NCBI GenBank assembly: GCA_030666985.1
Contig: DAOUWT010000001.1
Span: 1 to 58,452, forward strand
Source: Chloroflexota bacterium
GTDB lineage: Bacteria > Chloroflexota > Anaerolineae > Anaerolineales > UBA11858
DNA: 58,452 bases
Direction: 5' to 3'
Part shown: piece after piece, positions 8,514 to 17,500 of the stretch
Layout of the letters: the number at the start of each line of letters is the position of its first letter
Position numbering within the stretch: the first letter of the stretch is position 1
The notes under the pieces: generated by a model
The model's database searches: none
Seen by the model: the letters and a program-made list of their open reading frames with translations, nothing else
What the model was told of the DNA's origin: nothing
Translations under genes and position numbers: made by a program

Positions 8514-8554
8514 GACGCGGTAATTACAACTCACTAGACCACAATCAAAAAAAA

Positions 8555-8664
8555 ACCGTGGATTTTTTGGGGGGACGGGGGGGGCGTGAGAGCAACCCCC
8601 AATCGCTTGGCCACGCCTAAGCGTGGCACGCACGCCTAAGCGTGGCACGCACGCCTAAGCGTGG
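8555..8664 (+). repeat. Dispersed G-rich/hairpin element with a 19-nt tandem repeat (2.8 copies)
   Basis: ttttttggggggacggggggggcgtgagagcaacccccaa..., followed by cacgcctaagcgtggcacg starting at 8612, 8631 and 8650. Each unit contains a CCACGC-ctaa-GCGTGG hairpin. Confidence 0.85.
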
Positions 8665-8838
8665 ACAAACCTTGGGGCCTGGCATCACGCCAGGGCGAGG
8701 CTTTGCCTACACCTCAGCCGCTTGCGTTCGGTCAGGAGACCTTCACTATCCATAATTTACGGGATAGCGAAGGTTTGCAACCGAGCACAGTCATTGCGCA
8801 GGGGAAATTTTTACGCAACACTCCTCACGTTTCACGTT

Positions 8839-9336
8839 TTATGCCTCACGCCTCAGTAATTTGGTGGTAAAAGGGAAGGGGTGATTCCTGTCGGCGGGAT
8901 GGTGGCTGCTGCGCTGTTCGATCCAGTTATTGGGGTTGATTTGGGGGAAGAAAACATCAGCTTCCGTTTGGGCATGCACCAACGTCACATAGAGGCGATG
9001 CGCCAGGGGCAGGCTTTGCCGGTAAATGGCGGCTCCCCCGCCAATAAAGGCTTCCCTCTCCCCCCGGCGTTGCGCTTGGGCTAAGGCTTTCCCCAGCGAA
9101 TGGGCTACAAGCACATCCCCCACGGCGGTATAGGCAGGGTCTCGGGTGAGGACGATATTTACCCGCCCCGGAAGTGGCTGGGCCAGGCTCTCGAAAGTTC
9201 TCCGGCCCATGATGAGGTGATGGCCCATGGTGGTGTTTTTGAAATATTTCAGGTCGTCCGGTAGATGCCACGGGAGTCGGTCGCCGATACCAATTCCCCC
9301 TTTTTCGTCCATAGCGACAATTATAGAAATCAGCAT
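8839..9336 (-). CDS. folA: Dihydrofolate reductase
   Basis: MLISIIVAMDEKGGIGIGDRLPWHLPDDLKYFKNTTMGHHLIMGRRTFESL. 165 aa, directly downstream of thyA (2-nt gap). Confidence 0.9.
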   Translation of the reverse strand: MLISIIVAMDEKGGIGIGDRLPWHLPDDLKYFKNTTMGHHLIMGRRTFESLAQPLPGRVNIVLTRDPAYTAVGDVLVAHSLGKALAQAQRRGEREAFIGGGAAIYRQSLPLAHRLYVTLVHAQTEADVFFPQINPNNWIEQRSSHHPADRNHPFPFTTKLLRREA

Positions 9337-9338
9337 GG

Positions 9339-10133
9339 TTAGACCGATATTTCCGCTTTGATGCCTGGGTGAGAGCGGTAGTTAATCAGCTCGAAGTCAC
9401 TATATTCGAAGCTGAAAAGGTCATCTGCCTCGGGATTGAGGCGCATTTTGGGGAGGGGGAGTGGCTCACGTTCCAGTTGGAGGTGAGCCTGCTCCAGGTG
9501 ATTCAGGTAGAGGTGGGCATCTCCCAGCGTGTGTACGAATTCGCCGGGTTCCAAGCGGGTGACTTGGGCGACCATGAGGGTCAGCAAAGCGTAAGAGGCG
9601 ATATTGAAGGGGACGCCGAGGAAGACGTCCGCCGAGCGTTGGTAGAGTTGGCAGGATAACCGTCCTTTGGCAACGTAGAACTGAAACAAGAGATGACAGG
9701 GAGGCAGGGCCATTTCGTCAAGCTCGCCTACGTTCCAGGCGCTGACGATGTGACGCCGGGAATGGGGATCTGTTTGGAGGGAGTGAAGCAATGCGGTGAT
9801 CTGGTCTACGTTTGCCCCGTCTTTTGTAGGCCAAGAGCGCCATTGGGAGCCATATACCGGGCCGAGTTCCCCTTGCTCATCGGCCCACTCGTCCCAGATG
9901 CGGACGCCATGCTCTTGTAAATAACGGACGTTGGTATCCCCCTGCAGAAACCAGAGAAGCTCGTGGATAATTGATTTTAGGTGCAGCTTTTTGGTCGTCA
10001 GGAGCGGGAAGCTGCTGCCGAGTTCGAAGCGCATTTGGTATCCAAAGACTGAAAGTGTGCCAGTCCCGGTGCGGTCTGGTTTCTCTATGCCTTGGTCTAG
10101 AATGTGTTGTATTAGGTCTAGGTATTGGAGCAT
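9339..10133 (-). CDS. thyA: Thymidylate synthase (ThyA type)
   Basis: [55 protein letters not shown]. 264 aa. Confidence 0.95.
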   Translation of the reverse strand: MLQYLDLIQHILDQGIEKPDRTGTGTLSVFGYQMRFELGSSFPLLTTKKLHLKSIIHELLWFLQGDTNVRYLQEHGVRIWDEWADEQGELGPVYGSQWRSWPTKDGANVDQITALLHSLQTDPHSRRHIVSAWNVGELDEMALPPCHLLFQFYVAKGRLSCQLYQRSADVFLGVPFNIASYALLTLMVAQVTRLEPGEFVHTLGDAHLYLNHLEQAHLQLEREPLPLPKMRLNPEADDLFSFEYSDFELINYRSHPGIKAEISV

Positions 10134-10296
10134 TGGTATGTTGGGGATTGGTATATCGGGGGTTGGTATATTGGGGGACTGGTATATTGGTATATTAGGG
10201 GAACGGTATGGTGGTAGATTGGTGCGTTAAGCATCCTTTTTGCCATTGTACCAACGTACCAATATACCAATTTACTAACGTACCAACATACCAACT
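10134..10296. repeat. Inverted pair of tandem repeats (GGTATATTGG-type vs CCAATATACC-type) that could form a long imperfect hairpin
   Basis: The left arm (10134-10225) has tggtatgttgggg/ttggtatatcggg/ttggtatattggg units. The right arm (10248-10296) has gtaccaacgtaccaatataccaa... The left arm abuts the thyA start codon. Confidence 0.85.
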
Positions 10297-10303
10297 GGCA
10301 TTT

Positions 10304-11092
10304 TTAGCGCACGCGCCTTTTCCATTCCTCTTTGAGATGTAATTTCCGAGGGCTTTGGCCAGGCTCGAGGGTGAGGAAATCATTCATCAATCGATTGAAT
10401 TCATTAGGTCTGTCTAACATTGGGAAGTGCCCCGCTCCCTCCAGGGAAATGTGATGGAAGTGGAGAGGAAGGGTTTTAAGCATTTGTTGGGGTGGGTTTT
10501 GGATAGCAATGTCTTCTTCTCCATGGACCAGAAGACAGGGATGAGAAATGTGACGAGAGAGGTTATGGAGATCCTTGCCTTGCAGGGATTTAAGGGATTG
10601 GATAATGGCTTGCGGGTCTGTTTTGGGGGCGTCTTGACGAGCTTGGTCGCCATCGGGAGTATTGCTCAGAAGCCATGAGGCCAGTTCTTCGGGTTTCGTG
10701 TTTTCAAAACGAGAGTCAATCAGGCTTGAATCAAAAGGGAGACCAATGGCTAAAATGCGGTCTACGTATTTGGGGTGTTTTTGGGCAAAGATGGCCGCTA
10801 TAATTGCGCCGAGTCCGTGACCAATGAGGGCTATTTTCCCGATCCCCATGTTATCGAGGAAATCGTCTAAGAGGGTGACTTGTTTTTCTATGGCATAGCC
10901 ATCGAGGTTCCTGGCGGTGTCTCCAAATCCCCACATGTCTAATGCGTAGGCGCGGAAAGACACTGATGCCGCTTGCATGCTTGGTATCCAATAGCGCCAG
11001 GATCCTACCCAGCCATGCAGGAAAACAAGCGGACGGCCGCGTCCGAGAGCTTCATAATGGACTATTTCGTCTTGGATGATAATTGCACTCAT
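10304..11092 (-). CDS. Alpha/beta-hydrolase-fold protein lacking the nucleophile serine (GHGLG instead of GxSxG)
   Basis: LVFLHGWVGSW, nucleophile elbow IALIGHGLGAI (codon GGA), and retained acid/His regions (HGEEDIAI, GAGHFPMLD). It is a paralogue of 22005-22796, which has GHSMGG. Confidence 0.85.
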   Translation of the reverse strand: MSAIIIQDEIVHYEALGRGRPLVFLHGWVGSWRYWIPSMQAASVSFRAYALDMWGFGDTARNLDGYAIEKQVTLLDDFLDNMGIGKIALIGHGLGAIIAAIFAQKHPKYVDRILAIGLPFDSSLIDSRFENTKPEELASWLLSNTPDGDQARQDAPKTDPQAIIQSLKSLQGKDLHNLSRHISHPCLLVHGEEDIAIQNPPQQMLKTLPLHFHHISLEGAGHFPMLDRPNEFNRLMNDFLTLEPGQSPRKLHLKEEWKRRVR

Positions 11093-11099
11093 GTATGTT

Positions 11100-11471
11100 T
11101 TAGGTAGTTTGATCTAGTATTTGCTTTACTTCAGTAGTAAGCTCGTCAGGTGAAAAAGGCTTCAGGATATATTTGACAGCGCCAAGTTCCAAGCCGGTTT
11201 GGATTTCTTTGTCTTGGCCTTTTGCGGACAGGAAAACCAAGGGTATGTTTTTTAGTTCTTGATATGTTTTTATCTTTTCGCAGGCTTCGTACCCGGTCAT
11301 CTTGGGCATGCGGACATCCATGAGAATCATATCAGGTTTTTCGCTAATAACTTTTTGAAGGGCTTCTTCACCGTTTGTGGTGGCAATGACTTCGTGCCCG
11401 TCTAATTGCAAAGTAAAAACGATTAGATTTCTGATGTCTTTTTCGTCTTCTGCGATAATGATTTTCGCCAT
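11100..11471 (-). CDS. Single-domain response regulator (CheY-like receiver)
   Basis: IIIAEDE, MILMDVRMPKMTG, LSAKG, ILKPF. 123 aa. Confidence 0.9.
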   Translation of the reverse strand: MAKIIIAEDEKDIRNLIVFTLQLDGHEVIATTNGEEALQKVISEKPDMILMDVRMPKMTGYEACEKIKTYQELKNIPLVFLSAKGQDKEIQTGLELGAVKYILKPFSPDELTTEVKQILDQTT

Positions 11472-11517
11472 AAATAACCCTTTTAGGAAGTTCCAGAAAA
11501 ATAATCATCCCAGATTT

Positions 11518-11572
11518 CGTGAAGCGTGAAGCGTAAAACGTGACAAAGCCCTTCACGCATCACGTTTCACGG
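11518..11572. repeat. Imperfect hairpin built from GTGAAGCG / CGTTTCAC heptamer words
   Basis: cgtgaagcgtgaagcgtaaaacgtga-caaagccc-ttcacgcatcacgtttcacgg, lying between the kinase stop and the REC start. Confidence 0.8.
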
Positions 11573-11599
11573 TGGGACAATTTATTTTCTGGATGTTCC

Positions 11600-14500
11600 T
11601 TATGTTTCTCGATGAATGGGGAGAGTGAAGGAAAAGGTTGTGCCTTCTCCGAGTACCCCGTTGCTTTCGAGCCAGATGCGCCCTTTGTGCATTTGAATGA
11701 GTTGTTGGACTATAGAAAGCCCTAAACCAGTTCCAGAAGTAGCTATTACGAGAGGGTCTTCGCCTCGATAGAAACGTTCGAAGACTTTTGCGTGATCTTC
11801 AGGAGGGATGCCTACGCCTGTGTCCTTGATATCGATCTGGATTTCATCCTCGCTTTTTGCGCTTTGGGCGTGGACAGTGAGGGTAATATGCCCGTCTTCT
11901 GGAGTGTAGTGGTATGCATTTGCGAGCAGGTTGCCTAAAACTTGGTGAAGGCGCTCGGGGTCGCCGTTCACTATAGGTAGGTGGGGGGGGGTATCTAGGG
12001 TGAAGGTGAGTTCTTTTTGGTCGCCTTCAGACAATTCTTGGATGCCTTGCCAGACCTCTCGAAGGATAGGCTCAATCTGGATAGGTTGGATTGAAATGGA
12101 AATGCGACCCGCTTCGAGATGAGAGATATCTAGTAGATCATCTACCAGGATTTCCAGCCGGGTGGTGTTGGCCTTGACAATGTTTAGAAAGTCAGTTTGC
12201 CTATCTGACATTTCACCTGCAGCGCCCATCAACATGACGTCCACATATCCCTTTATCGAAGTCATAGGAGTGCGGAGTTCATGGCTAACCGTGGCTACAA
12301 ATTCCGATTTGAGGCGGTCTACTTCCACTTGGTGGGTGATATCGCGGAAGTTGGAAACTGTGCCTAGGAATTCATCTTGCATGGTAACGGGCGCGAGTTG
12401 AACAGAGGTAATGGCTCCATTATCGAGTGTGATTTGCTCTGAATAACTAACCTCCGAAGTTGTTTTTTCGCCTGATGACCAGGCCCGAATGGTTTCGATC
12501 CAGTTTTGGGCCGATTCACCAAATAAGCCGCTGAATTGTTCTAAAGATTTCCCGACGACTTTTGATCTATCTAAGTCTAGAATGGTTTCCGCGGCATCAT
12601 TGAAAAGGGTGATTTCTCGTTCGGCATTGGTAACAATAACCCCGTCAGCTACGGATTCCAAGATCGCCCGCGAACGGCTGGCTTCAACTTTTTGTGCGCG
12701 AAGCATTTGCCCCAACTCGATGGTTTGCTCTTGGATGTAATCAACCAATTGGGTGTTGTTGATGGCGACGGCTATTTGCTTTGCGGTTGCGTGGAGTAAT
12801 TCTTTTTGGTATTCGTTGAACTTCCTGGTTTGACGGCTGAAGAGAGAGATTGCGCCAAGTATATCTGCTCCATGCGCAATTGGCGCTATAATCGCGCTGC
12901 GGAGATCAGGATCAACTGTATCAGTGGATACCCATCTATCATCTGTGAGAATATCATCAACCACATAGCTTTGGTTGTGGGCGATTGCCCACCCTGCCAG
13001 ACCTTCGTCTTTCTTGAGACCGGAGGGGCGACCCCCAAGAGGCGGGGCTTCCATATAGCCACATGCAGCCCGGTAATAAAGATACTCTTCTTCTGGTCGA
13101 ATGAGGAGTATGGTGCTTTGATCAGCCTCTAGGGAAGAGTTTAGGAGGTTTAGTGTATGGTGGAGCACTTCATCCAGGTCTAGGCTGGCAGAGAGGGCTT
13201 TGAGGACGGCTAAGAGCATTTGAGAACGGTCGTGTTCTCGTTCCAGGTCTCGGGTTCGCTCGAAGACTCTTTGCTCAAGATTTGCGGTAAGAAGAGCGTT
13301 GTAGATAGATATTGCTGCCTGGTTGGCGATTATACGACTTAGCTCTATTTCTTCATTTGTGAAGCGGTGCTGGTGATCAGTTTGAATGAACAGGAAGCCC
13401 TGTAAGTCACTGCCTGTGATCAGCGGCAAAATTAGCAAACTCTTCGTTCCCCTTTGCCTGAAGAATTCATGGATGGGGGCGAGCATTTCCTCATCTTCTA
13501 CGTTTCTAGTTACAAAGACGCCTTGGGATTGTTGGATGTGTTCGAAGATTGGCGTATATGGTAGTTCATGGGGGTATGCTAGCCTTAGATCTAGCTTTCG
13601 AGAGAGTTCGGCCTGTAAGATGGCTTTCTTTTCCTTGGTCCAGAGAATGCCGGAAATGACGGAGTGGTGAATAAGTTCTGAAAGCTCTTTCAGTGTGATC
13701 TGGAAGCTTTCGTCTAAATTGAGAGATCTACTCAACTCATTTGAGAATCGGTTGAGCATCGCTAGACGCCGGGTGCGTTGGTCTAGCTCCTGGGCTCGTT
13801 CCACGCTTTCTTGGTAGAGGCCTGCGTTTTCTATGGAAATTGCGGCCTGGCTTCCAAAGGTTTGCAGCATCTGAGAGTGGGTAGATGTATAGAACCCTGG
13901 TTTGTGTTTTTCTAGGGCGATCACGCCTAGGACTTGACCTTTAGTTAAAAGAGGGACGCCTAGCCATGAGTTGGGGCCTTTTTGCTCTGCGGCTGGGAAG
14001 CGAGCATCTTTTTGGATATTGGAAACCACAAGTGGTTCACCGGTTCGAATCATCTCGTACATTAACTTGCTTTCGCTTACTTTAGTGCTTATCCCAATTA
14101 GCTCTTGGTTGTTTTCGAAGCCGCGTGCCGCGCGTATGGTTAGTTGACCGGCTTTGTGCAGCCAGAGGGCGCTTGTGTCGTAAGAGATTATTGTTGCGAG
14201 TTGCGTGAGCAGAGTATCAACCAATTCTTCGCGTTTTAAACCCGAGGAGGTGATGCTCGAAGTAGCTTGCGTGAGAGCTTCAAGTTGGGTGGCACGCTGT
14301 TCGGCTGCCTGGATTAACTGGACATTATCGAGCGCCAGGGCTGTTTGCCGGGCGAGCGAACCGAGCAAAGCTTGATCCTGGTTAGAAAAAGCACTTTCTT
14401 GCTCAAAGTTATCGAGAAGGACAATCCCCAATTGCTTGTCTCGCGTTTTGATGGGGGCTGCCAGACTCGAGATGGGCAGCAGGCCGCCAGTCCCATCTCG

Positions 14501-17500
14501 ATATAGGAGTAAATTGTTTTTTTCTAGCTCGTAATCTTGTGCAAAGTTCACCACATCCAGGCGAAGCGGATTCTTGCTCTGAAATACTTTTCCGACGAAT
14601 CCTCTTTGGGGTGAAAAAGTGATTTCTAATAATGAGGGCGTTTTTTGGTACCCGTCAGCAAGTTGCGGGATTAATTTTTTGCGAGTTTGGTCATTTAAGA
14701 GGATCATGACCCCTTGGGCAACAGGGATAAGCTGTTGGGCGCTTTCTAGGAGGGTTTTAATGATCAAGCCGGGACTTAACTCTCCCAGTTTGCGACTGAA
14801 GTCTAGCAATATATTTACTTCGCTTAGGCGCTGGCTGGTTTCTGTGAGGAGTTTGACATTTTGGATTGTATAAGAGGCTTGCTGGCTGAGCAACTCGTAT
14901 AAGCGGATTTCATCGGGACTGAATTCAGGGAAAGTTTCTTTGCTAAAAGTCAGAATAGCTGCTTCTACACCAGCAAAAGTGGTGATGGGTATGGTGATTA
15001 TTCCTCTTGCCTCCAATGTTTGGATGAGAGGGGACTTTGACCAATTGCTATCGCCGTTTATGTTTGCATCGTAGACAATTTCCCTTTGCCGTATACTCTG
15101 GACAAGTGGGTTTTGGCGGCCAAGCAGGGGATTTAACTTGGCTATGGGCGGGGTTTCTCCTCCAGTGTACAGCAGGCGCGGCCCGCCCGATCCAGGTTCA
15201 GTGATCAAATAACCGTTCATCCCCATGAGGTTCAGGAATTCCTCGCCCAAGGTTCGTAAGATGGCTTCCCGGTGGGGTTGACGATTGAGAGAGGAGATAA
15301 GCTCTAAACTGGATTGAATGCGTTTAGCTTTGACTTCCAGGCGTTTCGTCTCTGCTTCCCTCGCAACATGGGCGGCGCTGGCCCTAAGCTCAGAGAGTTT
15401 TTTGTGACTTTCAATGGCCAGGGATGCCTGGCTGGCAAAAATCCCCAGCGTTTCGACCGCTGCTTGGGTTGGTCGTAAGTGGTCTTGAGGTGTATCTACT
15501 CTAATAAGGCCTAATGGATGACCAGACGTGTCCTGGAGAGGAATGACAAGGAGGTCTTCTGGCCGCCAGATTTCCTTTGGTATAGCCTGGATGCCTAATT
15601 CCTCCATTCCTGCTTGGCTTGCTGCCGATATCGCTTGGATGTCAGTCAATGTGGGTGGTCTATCTTCAGAAGGGATGAAGTAAGAACGTCCAAATTTAAA
15701 ATCATCCCGTAGTATTTCTCGAAGGCTGTTCCAATTTTGAGGTTTTTCTTTTAATTCTTCTAAGGCCTCAAGAGGAAATCCAACTCCACTAAGATTATGT
15801 AGGCCCTGGTCTGCCTCCTCGTACACACTTATCAAAACTTTGGTGAAGGAAGTAGAGGCCTGAATACCGTAGGCAATATTCTCGAGGGCTTGCTCGAGGG
15901 GTTGGTCGAGACTGAGTTCTTCAGAGGTTTTGAACAAGTTGGAGAGAATTTTCACTCGCTGGTTCAAGAGCGTGGTCTGTTCTATCTGTTGTTGGTAGCG
16001 TTGGGCGTTTCCCAGGGCGATGGCTGCCTGAACTGATAAGGCCTCGATAATGCTGCGGGAGGTTTTGTCAAAATGCTCTGCTTGGCTTGCGTGGAGGTGG
16101 ATCAAACCGGCTACCTGGTCTTGGTAGGTGATAGGCACTATGAGCGAGGAGCGTATTCCCTTATGGGGGGGAGCGGTGGGGGGCTGAAAATCATCGACAT
16201 TGAGCGTCTTCCCCGTGTTAAGGACAACGCGCTCCAAGGGGTGAAGTTCGTCGTGAAGATCATCGCCAATGTGGAGCATGATACCGGGATGGGTGGGACG
16301 GGTATCCCCTTGTTCGAGAAGGAAAATTGCCCCACAATTTGCTTGTGTCAGTCGAATAGCTTCTTCGAATACCAGTTGCAGGAGGGTCTCAAGGTCAAGA
16401 GTGCTGTTCAAAGCCTGACTGACGCGCGTTAGTGCTGTAAGTTGCTCTACGCGTTGGCGTAAAGTGGCGTCAGTTTCTATTGTCAGGGAAACCCTTTCGA
16501 GAGCACTGGCAATCTGTCTGGCAATCGCAGAGACCAATTGTAGGTCAACTTTCTGGAAAGCCTCCTCATACGAGTTGCTTAGAAGAATTTCTCCAATCCC
16601 CCGGCCACGGATGATCAATGGGACAATGATCAGGGATGATATTTGGAGGGTTTTTACTGCTTTTTGGTAAAGTTCCGGAATGTCTGGGTCAGTCTTAGCC
16701 TGACCGGAAAAGATGGGTTGGGCTGTGTATGTGACCGTCTTGTGAAAATCAGATGCACTTGCCAATTGCGTAAATTTTATTTGGGTATCTTGGCCTAGTT
16801 GATGACCAGATATGTCATGTAGTTCTAGTTTCGCTTGGCTCTCGTCAAGTAGGAAAACAGCTCCTTTTTCAGCTTTTATGAGACGAACGAGTTCCAAGAG
16901 AGAATACTTGAGAATTTCATCAGTGGTAGCTTCGGAGCCAGCCAGGTTAGCAATCCGGCGAATAGCCTCTGAGCGGAGGGCGCGTTTTATGGATTGGTGG
17001 AGTAGTTCGGCGTTTTCGATGAGTGGTGCAGTTTGTCCGGCTATGATTTCCAGAAGGCGTTTATCGTTCCCGGTCAGTTTGCCTCCCGATTTCTTATTGG
17101 CCACCTGCAAATAACCGAGATTGCGCCCCCTTGAAATTAGCGGAACTAGAATAGTAGCGTGTATTCCGGCTGCCTGGGCAATATGGTCGATTCCTAGGGC
17201 TTGGAGACGGTGGTCATCTGGAGCTTCAGGTGTCAGGATGCTTTGTTCTTTTTCCCAAACCTGTTCAGCCGGGCCTCCTACCGCTATCTCTGTTTTATAC
17301 ATTTCTATGATGTAGGCAGGAATCCCGATAAAAGGATTTCGTGCTTCTAAGATGTGTTTGTTCTCGTTGTAAATCAGGAAACCGGCAATATTTACATCAA
17401 GGAGTGAAGGGATATTTTTCAATAATTGGGAGAAAAGCTCGTTTAGATTGCGAGCCGACCCGCTGACTTGCGAAAGTTCGGCCAGACTCGATAATTCGCG

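Noticed and set aside
8612-8664. 19-nt tandem repeat considered as a small RNA, tRNA fragment or CRISPR-like unit
   Set aside because: It has only 2.8 copies with no spacers and no cloverleaf potential. It is part of the dispersed hairpin element also seen at 5621-5716.
8661-8870. 69-aa ORF in the convergent GT2/folA spacer
   Set aside because: It starts inside the 19-nt tandem repeat, ends in the CACGTTTCAC repeat, has no RBS, and overlaps the folA 3' end.
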